Assembly: GCA_965216565.1 (NCBI GenBank)
Contig: OZ244170.1
Coordinates: 3,232,001-3,296,000 of the forward strand
DNA: 64,000 bases
Origin: Bythopirellula sp.
GTDB taxonomy: Bacteria; Planctomycetota; Planctomycetia; Pirellulales; Lacipirellulaceae
Direction: 5' to 3'
The translations under genes were made by a program, and so were the position numbers. This document shows, in pieces, positions 56,609 to 64,000 of this stretch; the stretch's first letter is position 1, and every line of letters begins with the position of its first letter. The notes under the pieces were generated by a model, which saw only the letters and a list, made by a program, of their open reading frames with translations, did not search any database and had not been told where the DNA came from.

Positions 56609-57829
56609 ATGCCCAAATTCTTGTTTACTGCACAAACTTCGAATCAGCAGCATCACAGTGGGGAACTGTCTGCTGACAGCCTAGCTGAAGCGCAAGCAGA
56701 ACTTGAAGCAAAGGGTTTCATCGTCCACTCGCTCACGCAGCTTTCCAACGAAACCGAATCTACGATAGCTCCGGTGCTGTCTGCTACACCAGCTGGATCC
56801 AATTTCGAGAGCGTCAGACAATTCGATCAACAGCTTTTGGAGTCTCGCATTGCAGACTTCCTGAACGAACGCGATCTCATAATCCCTGCCTTACAGGCTC
56901 TTGTCGAAGAGCTGCCTGCTGGGTCGAAAAGACGACGACTCGCGCAGCTTGTCGCTGAACTGCAAGCAGGCGTCACACCAGAACAGCTCGCCGCTGCAGA
57001 GGATGCCGCAGAAACCTGGCTTCCACTTCTGAGTAGTGCTTCACCATTTGGATCCAACCGATTCTTGTGCGATCTGTTTGAAGAAACTGCCCGCACCAAT
57101 GCGATTCGGTCCGAATACTGGCGAATTTCAGCCTACCCGACGGCAATCTTTTTCATGGCAATCGCTGTGGTCGTATTCTTGAGTATCGTGGTTGTCCCTA
57201 GCTTTCAAGAGATCTATAACGACTTTGAATTGGATCTCCCACTACTAACCTTGGGAGTACTGCAAGTCTCGGAGGCGATTCTTTTTCATCCGGTATTGAT
57301 GCTTTGCCTTGTAGTTGCGCTCTTTGGATTGGTCTATGCCGGCCTCAAGCTTATCCGAAGGTTGCAGGCTTCTAACTGGACGCTGGGAGCACTTTCCAAC
57401 GGTAATTCTTCTCAAGTTGCAACCATGGCGGAGTTCGTGCGGCGGGTTGCAGAAGGATTGAAAACACATCTGCCACTGGCAACTTCTTTGCGGCTGGCAG
57501 GACAAAGTTGCGGAGTGCCCTGGTTACGTCGCGAATCAGAAATGTTGGCGAGTTCTTTAGAAGAAGACGGAGAGTTAGGGACTCCTCAACGATCAGGCTT
57601 TCCTTTAACAGTGGTTTATGCCCTGCGTGCAAGTCACGATGGAGGCCCCAACATCCGTCTATTGGAAGAAATGGCCACAAACTACACAGAACGGCTGGAG
57701 ACCCGTTTCAGTTGGGCCAGCGGTTTTCTGCCCATCTTAGGAATTGTGATAGTAGGCATGGCTGTATTTCTAGTGGTGATGGCACTCTATCTGCCATTAG
57801 TTCAACTGATCGACGGCCTAACGGGTTAA
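56609..57829 (+). CDS. Type II secretion F / PilC family protein, copy 2
   Basis: 'MPKFLFTA...GELSADS', 'AYP...VVPSFQEIYNDFELDLPLLT', 'ALYLPL'. Confidence 0.88.
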   Translation: MPKFLFTAQTSNQQHHSGELSADSLAEAQAELEAKGFIVHSLTQLSNETESTIAPVLSATPAGSNFESVRQFDQQLLESRIADFLNERDLIIPALQALVEELPAGSKRRRLAQLVAELQAGVTPEQLAAAEDAAETWLPLLSSASPFGSNRFLCDLFEETARTNAIRSEYWRISAYPTAIFFMAIAVVVFLSIVVVPSFQEIYNDFELDLPLLTLGVLQVSEAILFHPVLMLCLVVALFGLVYAGLKLIRRLQASNWTLGALSNGNSSQVATMAEFVRRVAEGLKTHLPLATSLRLAGQSCGVPWLRRESEMLASSLEEDGELGTPQRSGFPLTVVYALRASHDGGPNIRLLEEMATNYTERLETRFSWASGFLPILGIVIVGMAVFLVVMALYLPLVQLIDGLTG

Positions 57830-57845
57830 CTGTCTGGAGACTAAC

Positions 57846-58949
57846 TTGAGCACAGATCACGCCGCCACGCATTTTGCACCTCCTAAGGTGGCTACCATTA
57901 GCCCTTGGCTTATGTCGCCCTGGTGGCCCGCTGACTCCCTTGGCACGAAGCAGAGATCGCTATTACGGATCTTATCTGTCGCGACAAGCGAAAACATCGT
58001 GCCTGCGCCTCTCGTCTTTTGCCTGGCTCATGAACATCGAGGCAGTTACAGTCGCAAACTAAAGCGGCTCGCGCAACGGCTAGCCTCTGGGATGACACTT
58101 CCCGATGCAATCGAGAATACTCCCGGCGTGCTGCCTGACGATCACATGCTTGCTGTTCGCTTTGGAACCCAATCCGGAATTCTCTCTCAAGTCTTCGAGT
58201 CGATACTTTCACGAGATCAATCCACGGGGCACTCACTGAGAGCTCGTCTAATCGAGCTTGCCCTCTACAGCAAGTTCATGCTTGCCACTATGTTCTTTAT
58301 TCTGTTGTTCATGATGGTCAAAATAGTCCCCAGCTTTCAGGCTATATTCGATGATTTCGAGCTCGATTTGCCTCGGATTACGCTTTGGCTTATTGAGTCC
58401 AGCGAGTTCTTCATCAACTACTGGTACCTGTTCGCTCTGGTCCTAATCGGAATTTTCGTTCTGGGAGGCTCGCACGCCTCCCGTAGCTTTTTCAGTAGAA
58501 CTCTGTTTTCTCGCGTCATTCCTCCGGTGGCGTCGTTACGCTCTGCCGAAATGATGGATCTGCTGTCCGTAAGTGTTGCCGCCGGTCGGCCAGTCGCCGG
58601 GTCGCTGTCGACCATGGCCCGCTATCACACCTATCCCGTGATACGCCGTAAGTTGTTGTTCGTCTTTAATGAAGTAGAGCAAGGCGCCGATCCTTGGGAG
58701 AGCATGGTTGCTACTCGGCTGATCAATGCCAAGGAGTCTGCTGCCATCGCCAGTGCCACTTCTCAAGAATCACGTGCGTGGACGATGAACCGATTGGCCC
58801 AGTTGCGCCGCGAACGATTCACCACCAAGGTCGATGCTTTTGGAAACCTACTTCAAACCGCGGCGACACTTTGCTTAGGTGCCGTCGTGCTATTTGTGGG
58901 CGTTGCTCTGCTCTTACCCTTATTCGATCTTGTCAACAACCTAAATTGA
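57846..58949 (+). CDS. Type II secretion F / PilC family protein, copy 3
   Basis: 'LASGMTLPDAI', 'IVPSFQAIFDDFELDLPRIT', 'VEQG', 'ALLLPLF'. Confidence 0.85.
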   Translation: MSTDHAATHFAPPKVATISPWLMSPWWPADSLGTKQRSLLRILSVATSENIVPAPLVFCLAHEHRGSYSRKLKRLAQRLASGMTLPDAIENTPGVLPDDHMLAVRFGTQSGILSQVFESILSRDQSTGHSLRARLIELALYSKFMLATMFFILLFMMVKIVPSFQAIFDDFELDLPRITLWLIESSEFFINYWYLFALVLIGIFVLGGSHASRSFFSRTLFSRVIPPVASLRSAEMMDLLSVSVAAGRPVAGSLSTMARYHTYPVIRRKLLFVFNEVEQGADPWESMVATRLINAKESAAIASATSQESRAWTMNRLAQLRRERFTTKVDAFGNLLQTAATLCLGAVVLFVGVALLLPLFDLVNNLN

Positions 58950-58958
58950 CAATCAGCG

Positions 58959-59492
58959 ATGGAAGTAATGATCTTCTCAACACAATCATACCTTTTACCG
59001 AAACAATTCGCGCGGCCTAGAGAGCGATCAGGCTTTGCCATGACCGACCTGGTTGTGGGAGCGACATTGCTGGTGGCTCTCATTTCTTTTGTCGCTCCTC
59101 TTGCGGTTCGCACCGGACGACTTTGGCAGGATACCGATCGTACACGTCTTGCACTGGACGAACTATCCAACCAACTAGAGAGGATCACTCGTCTTGAAGA
59201 GGCGGAATTACCTGCAACTCTTGAATCATTGACGCCCTCCCCCCACATAGCGAAGCGGCTCCCCAATGCCACTATTGAAGGCGAAACCATCACGGACACA
59301 GATGGCACACGAGTAGTACTTCGTTTGCAGTGGGATCGAGTCGGTCTCGCAAAGCCCATCACGCTCGTCGGGTGGGTCGATAGCTTGCCCGTTGAGGTTG
59401 ATTTAGAGAAGGATGCGCCTGACGGGAACTCGGCGTTAGAAAATTCCACAGAAGAGAAAGCTAGGGAGAGTGCTGAGGAGACCACACCATGA
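58959..59492 (+). CDS. Minor pilin/pseudopilin-like protein (GspI/PilV-like position)
   Basis: 'RSG|FAMTDLVVGATLL' class III signal with Asp in place of Glu5; start codon uncertain. Confidence 0.65.
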   Translation: MEVMIFSTQSYLLPKQFARPRERSGFAMTDLVVGATLLVALISFVAPLAVRTGRLWQDTDRTRLALDELSNQLERITRLEEAELPATLESLTPSPHIAKRLPNATIEGETITDTDGTRVVLRLQWDRVGLAKPITLVGWVDSLPVEVDLEKDAPDGNSALENSTEEKARESAEETTP

Positions 59493-60001
59493 AAAATCAT
59501 CGTGGATACTCACTCACAGAATTAATCGCTGCGATGTCGGTTGGCACCGTGATTCTTGGACTAGCCACGGGAACAGTACATCGTGCCATGCGACTGAGTT
59601 CACAAGCACACGATTACCATCGGGTACATCAGGTTGCATTACGGCTCTCGGATCACTTCCGGCGCGATGTGCATCGTGCAGAATCGATAAGCTACAGAAA
59701 TGAAGTCGACTCACCAGTGTCGATGGACTTGTCGGTACCCCGCCAGAAGGACATCGTTTACCGAGTTGAAGGAAGCCGCGTACTACGCCAGCAGTCTTTA
59801 GGTGAGCAACAGAACAGCGAGGTGTACGATTTTCCAAATGGGTATGCGATCTCCTTCGCACAACCACAGACAGGCTACGTTGAATTGCTTGTTGAGAGCG
59901 ATGCAAAGCTTCCAGGAGTGCCGCCGAAAACCGTTTTGCATATCAATCCTGAGATTGGGCGATATTCACGGTTGGCTCAGGTTGAGGAGGCCACGCCATG
60001 A
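59489..60001 (+). CDS. Prepilin-type N-terminal cleavage/methylation protein (GspJ/PilW-like position)
   Basis: 'HRG|YSLTELIAAM', 'FRRDVH'. Confidence 0.8.
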   Translation: MKNHRGYSLTELIAAMSVGTVILGLATGTVHRAMRLSSQAHDYHRVHQVALRLSDHFRRDVHRAESISYRNEVDSPVSMDLSVPRQKDIVYRVEGSRVLRQQSLGEQQNSEVYDFPNGYAISFAQPQTGYVELLVESDAKLPGVPPKTVLHINPEIGRYSRLAQVEEATP

Positions 60002-60426
60002 GTGCATCTTTTTTGAGACAGAATGCAAATCAGCGCCACGCGACGGTACTTATTTGCGTGTTAGCCTGCATGGCGGTCGTGACGGCATTGGTAACTAGTA
60101 CAGCCCAAATGGCACTGCAGACTCGCAAATCGATGCGTCTCCAGCATCAACTACGTCAGGTAGAACAATTATTAGAAGCAGGCATCGACCGCGCTGCGCA
60201 GAGACTGGCGAACGACCCAGAGTACACCGGCGAAATCTGGAAGCTCTTGCCGACTACCTTTTCGGGCGGCGAGGAAGCTACCGTGACTATCGAAGTCTCC
60301 GCAGACGGCGAAACTTGGCCGCCCGAAGTTACGGTTGTGGCCGCGATGGGATCGGCCGAAACAATCCACACACAGCGATCTCACACATTCCCGCTTAATA
60401 TTTCTCTCTCACCCTTGGGTGACTAG
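59998..60426 (+). CDS. Minor pilin-like protein (GspK/PilX-like)
   Basis: 'RHA|TVLICVLACMAVV' without Glu5; 'LLEAGIDRA'. Confidence 0.65.
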   Translation: MSASFLRQNANQRHATVLICVLACMAVVTALVTSTAQMALQTRKSMRLQHQLRQVEQLLEAGIDRAAQRLANDPEYTGEIWKLLPTTFSGGEEATVTIEVSADGETWPPEVTVVAAMGSAETIHTQRSHTFPLNISLSPLGD

Positions 60427-60442
60427 TCTTAAGGAGTTTACG

Positions 60443-61378
60443 ATGAAATCTCTACTAATCGACAGCCAACGCTTTTCGCAGCCCGACAGACCGCGCGGTT
60501 TTACTCTCGTTGAATTGCTCGTGGTGATCGCCATCATTGGTGTGCTGGTTGCCCTGTTGCTTCCTGCAGTACAGGCTGCCCGCGAAGCGGCCCGTCGCTG
60601 TAGCTGTCTGAACAACATCTCGCAAATCGCACTAGCCGTTCACAACCATGAGTTTTCGCGGGAACACTTGCCTTCCGGTGTCATTAACCCGGAAGGGCCC
60701 ATCCGCTCTGAGGAAGAGGGGCAACATGTCGGCTGGCTACTACAGATCGCGCCCTACATGGAAATGCAAACACTTTACCGCAACTTTGACATCGAAGCCG
60801 GAGCCTATGCCGCCACGAATAGCGACGTGAGGAAAGCCACTGTCGGTGTGTACATCTGCCCTTCCTATCCAGGCAGTGAGTTCAATGGTGCCGAGACGGC
60901 CGCTGTAGGTACCTACGCGGGATGTCACAATGATGTCGAAGCGCCGATCGATACCGACAATAACGGATTGCTATTTCTCAATAGCAACTTGAGATTTACC
61001 GACATCCTAGACGGCAGCTCGCAAACTTTCATGTTCGGCGAGATGCGACCCTTGAAAACTACCGGACAAAGTGCTGGCGAATTTGGCGGGGGTTGGTCTG
61101 GTCGAGTGAATGCCAGTTTAGGCTGGGTCAGCGGGACACGCTCTTCTCTGCGAAACACAAGCGGAATCAATGAGAATCTCGATTGGCATCGCAACGGGCT
61201 CACCGAATCGGGGCCATCTGGACCACTCGGCGTGGGAGGCTTCGCCAGCGCACACCCCGGTGGTGCCCAGTTTGCGTACGGAGACGGATCCTGCCAGTTC
61301 GTGAACGAGGATATCCAGCCTCAAGCATTCCAGCAGTATGGCCATCGGGCCGATGGGGTGGTGCAGGAACAGTATTGA
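60443..61378 (+). CDS. DUF1559 family prepilin-type protein with H-X9-DG C-terminal motif
   Basis: 'GFTLVELLVVIAIIGVLVALLLPAVQAAREAARR', 'ICPS', 'DILDGSSQTFMFGE', 'HPGGAQFAYGDGS'; AAGGAG before the ATG at 60443. Confidence 0.95.
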   Translation: MKSLLIDSQRFSQPDRPRGFTLVELLVVIAIIGVLVALLLPAVQAAREAARRCSCLNNISQIALAVHNHEFSREHLPSGVINPEGPIRSEEEGQHVGWLLQIAPYMEMQTLYRNFDIEAGAYAATNSDVRKATVGVYICPSYPGSEFNGAETAAVGTYAGCHNDVEAPIDTDNNGLLFLNSNLRFTDILDGSSQTFMFGEMRPLKTTGQSAGEFGGGWSGRVNASLGWVSGTRSSLRNTSGINENLDWHRNGLTESGPSGPLGVGGFASAHPGGAQFAYGDGSCQFVNEDIQPQAFQQYGHRADGVVQEQY

Positions 61379-61407
61379 TACCGCCCGCTATTACCAACCA
61401 CTAACGG

Positions 61408-62877
61408 CTATGCTTCCAAATCAATCTTGGGCACAGTAAACGGTTTGCGGTAATCGCGTGATACCATAGCATTCGCTTCGTCGTTGCCTTTGAACTGCAA
61501 CGATTGAGGATCGAAGTCGAGCCATGGCCCCAAGGAGATCGCGCCTTCGTCGGTATCGATCTCGATATCATTAGCACGCAGGTGCGATGCCATGCGATCG
61601 AACGATGCCGAAAGCAGGGTGTTGCCTCGAATCTGCTCTGCAATGGCTGCAGTTGGAGTCACTTTACCCAGTTGATGTGAGATCGCACCCAAGTGGCACA
61701 TGGAACTGGAAACGTCGCCATCGTGAATCTTCCCATTGAGCTTCGTTGGTTCGCCCGCTTCAACGGCCTGTAGCCAGTTCTTGTAGTGGTTCCCCCCACC
61801 CTGCCAACGCTGTACCTCACTGCCGTCGTTGTCATAGGCAATGACTTCGTTGTAAGTGTTGGGGATCAGTACATAGCCTTGCTCGCATTGGACGATCACG
61901 CCGATCTGCGATCCACGGTACCGGTCCATTCCCTCTTTCCAAGTCTCCCAATCAGTTTGCTCAGACTTGTCGCGCGGAAGGCCACGCGTTTCGAAAATAA
62001 GCGGAGCGTTCGGGTACTCGAAGTAAGCGATCTGAGTGTTTGGTGTATTGGCCGCGTCTTCGTATCCCAATCGGCCGCCGATGCTCAACACTCTGGTGGC
62101 CATTTGGTCTTCACCCAGGAACCATCTTGCGATGTCCATCTGATGGATGCCTTGGTTGCCCATATCTCCATTGCCCGTGTTGTAATCCCAATGCCAATCA
62201 TAGTGGAGCTGAGGTCGCATTAGTTCCTGCTTCTCAGCAGGACCACACCAGAGGTCGTAGTTGATATGCTTGGGTATCGTCAATGGATTGGATAGCTTGC
62301 CGATACTTTGTCGCGGTTTGTAACAAGTACCTAACGCGTACTGAATCTTCCCCAGCTTCCCGTTTCGAACAAATTCAGCCGCCTCGTTGAGGCTGGAGCT
62401 TGAGCGAGACTGGGTACCGCATTGCATGATCACGTTGTAACGCGAAGCGGCGGCAGCAAGCTGCCTGCCCTCCCAAATATTGTGCGAGACAGGTTTCTCG
62501 ACGTACACATGCTTGCCGGCCTCGGCAGCAGCGATGCCAATTAAAGAGTGTGTATGGTTGGGCGTGGCGATTGAAACCGCATCGATGTCGTCGCGTTCCA
62601 GCAGCTTGCGATAGTCGACATAAGTATCAAGGCTCCGTCCGAGTTCTGTTTTCCATTGAGTCGCACGTTCGGATAAGATCTGCTCATCGACGTCGCACAA
62701 TGCCACGACGTTTTCCTTCAACCCCCTGAAGTGTTCCTGGCCGCGGCCCCTCACACCGATGATGGCGATGCGAATGTCACTGGGGCTTTTAGCAGCAGCC
62801 AAACTTGCGCCACCCCATGCCAGGGCACCCAAGGAAGCAGCTGAACCTACGACGAAATCTCTTCTGGAAACGGTCAT
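61408..62877 (-). CDS. Tat-exported Gfo/Idh/MocA family oxidoreductase
   Basis: Twin-arginine 'SRRDFV', 'IGVRGRG', 'ATPNHTH', 'YVEKP', 'NQGIHQMD'. Confidence 0.93.
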   Translation of the reverse strand: MTVSRRDFVVGSAASLGALAWGGASLAAAKSPSDIRIAIIGVRGRGQEHFRGLKENVVALCDVDEQILSERATQWKTELGRSLDTYVDYRKLLERDDIDAVSIATPNHTHSLIGIAAAEAGKHVYVEKPVSHNIWEGRQLAAAASRYNVIMQCGTQSRSSSSLNEAAEFVRNGKLGKIQYALGTCYKPRQSIGKLSNPLTIPKHINYDLWCGPAEKQELMRPQLHYDWHWDYNTGNGDMGNQGIHQMDIARWFLGEDQMATRVLSIGGRLGYEDAANTPNTQIAYFEYPNAPLIFETRGLPRDKSEQTDWETWKEGMDRYRGSQIGVIVQCEQGYVLIPNTYNEVIAYDNDGSEVQRWQGGGNHYKNWLQAVEAGEPTKLNGKIHDGDVSSSMCHLGAISHQLGKVTPTAAIAEQIRGNTLLSASFDRMASHLRANDIEIDTDEGAISLGPWLDFDPQSLQFKGNDEANAMVSRDYRKPFTVPKIDLEA

Positions 62878-63002
62878 CTACTCTCTCCGGTAATGCACGG
62901 TGGTCTGCTACAAGCCGAATCGCTTAGGGATCCGGCTCGCCTGAGCCCGCATTATAGATGATCTGTTCAGAGAGAAAACAAGTTCTAGAGTTCAATGCAC
63001 AA

Positions 63003-63076
63003 GAAAAATGGGCGGCCAGACGGTGCGCGTCACCGCGCTCAATCGGAAAATTCCGCTGAAAAACCGTTCTGGCCGC
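63003..63076 (-). other. Branched stem-loop followed by a U-rich tract (terminator or structured RNA)
   Basis: Outer stem 63012-63024 / 63063-63076 encloses two hairpins, one reading GCGCG-GUGA-CGCGC on the minus strand. Confidence 0.45.
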
Positions 63077-63121
63077 AGCCGCCGAACTGGCTAGTTCTGA
63101 TTCTATTTACAGGCTTTAGGC

Positions 63122-64000
63122 TTACTCCAAACCGATCGGTAAACCACCGAGCCCACCGCCTACGCCGCCGCCAATCGCCCCGCCGATGCCGCCAACGGCT
63201 CCACCGATGCCACCTCCTAGTTCGCCACCGATTCCACCAGCGGCACCACCGACACCCAGCCCACCGCCAGTTCCGAGGCCCACGCTAGTATCGCCCAATG
63301 ACAGACCCAAACCGCTATCTAGTCCGAGGCCAACACCAACTTGCGAGGGGCCCAATCCCTTGAGCCCATCACCAAGTCCAAGCCCTTCCAACTTTCCACC
63401 CACGCCATTGAGTGTACGTCCAAGTTTTGCGCCCAGCATCTGTCCTTTGCCTTCGAGCCCAGCTAGTTGCTCTTTTGCTAGCGCTTCAATCTGTGCCATT
63501 TCTTCTGCCGTGAGCTCATCAAGACACTCTTCTGCCTCTCCTGCAATCGAATCGCCCAAGCCCTGAAGCTGTTGGCCCTTCTCGTCCAACTCCTCGGACG
63601 TACGGCCAACGATAGAATGAATTCGTTGAGCCTGCATGACTGCCCTTCGAGACAACAAGGCAGTGCCCGCCAGTGCTTTGTCTGCAGCTCGATTTGCGAG
63701 TTGAAGTGCCCCCACACATGTCATCGGGGGACGCAACCCAGGACGATCTTCAAACATCTGCGCCCAATTTTCGAGTCGCTCGCTGAAGTTCATACCCAGA
63801 CGTTGATGAATTCGCTCGTATTGACTCAGTAGTGAACTAGGAACTCGGTCTACTTGGTGCCAAGGCACGCGACTGCCTGCTTCAGTGATCTTGCCGTAAA
63901 AATCTCCAAAGTGAAATTGATCTTGAGCTTTGTCTACAAACATATGCATGAGCATGTTGCCTGTGGCCAAAGGCTCGCAGTCTTCCAGACGTAGGACCAA
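63122..64000 (-). CDS. Hypothetical protein (5' end beyond the window) with a glycine-rich C-terminal tail
   Basis: Open frame to the window edge; about 90-aa tail of GxxxG-type repeats. Confidence 0.7.
   Translation of the reverse strand: MVLRLEDCEPLATGNMLMHMFVDKAQDQFHFGDFYGKITEAGSRVPWHQVDRVPSSLLSQYERIHQRLGMNFSERLENWAQMFEDRPGLRPPMTCVGALQLANRAADKALAGTALLSRRAVMQAQRIHSIVGRTSEELDEKGQQLQGLGDSIAGEAEECLDELTAEEMAQIEALAKEQLAGLEGKGQMLGAKLGRTLNGVGGKLEGLGLGDGLKGLGPSQVGVGLGLDSGLGLSLGDTSVGLGTGGGLGVGGAAGGIGGELGGGIGGAVGGIGGAIGGGVGGGLGGLPIGLE

Overview
Chromosomal segment of a planctomycete, probably Pirellulales/Lacipirellulaceae-like. This is inferred from the DUF1559 protein, many Ser/Thr kinases and ECF sigma factors, and a 'DFLAWQ' dockerin-like plus PEP-CTERM tail. 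The left two-thirds is mostly housekeeping and signalling: ECF sigma + vWA protein, recG, rnhA, a CxxCH sensor kinase, priA, nadD, a PduO-type adenosyltransferase, amtB-PII-glnD, two Ser/Thr kinases, mutM, trpBA, ABC components and a diadenylate cyclase. The right third holds two candidate cell-surface systems whose cis-regulatory signals can be read from the DNA. (1) Seven tandem PEP-CTERM genes are preceded by a small basic ORF and an Asp-less pseudo-receiver. Upstream lie a correctly spaced sigma54 -24/-12 site, palindromic enhancer-like sites, a sigma54 activator with no regulatory domain, and a divergent split Wzc pair with a degenerate Walker A. (2) An ECF sigma/anti-sigma pair precedes three tandem PilC/GspF genes, three pilin-like genes and a DUF1559 gene. 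The motif TTAGACAAA-N12-GCGCAT occurs in front of both the sigma gene and the pilin operon. Smaller observations include an AT-rich cassette bounded by inverted repeats, a Wzc-like coiled-coil insert in the vWA protein, an unlisted 54-aa lipoprotein ORF and several structured intergenic repeats. No rRNA, tRNA, CRISPR array or transposase was recognised. All calls come from reading motifs by eye; no database searches were run.
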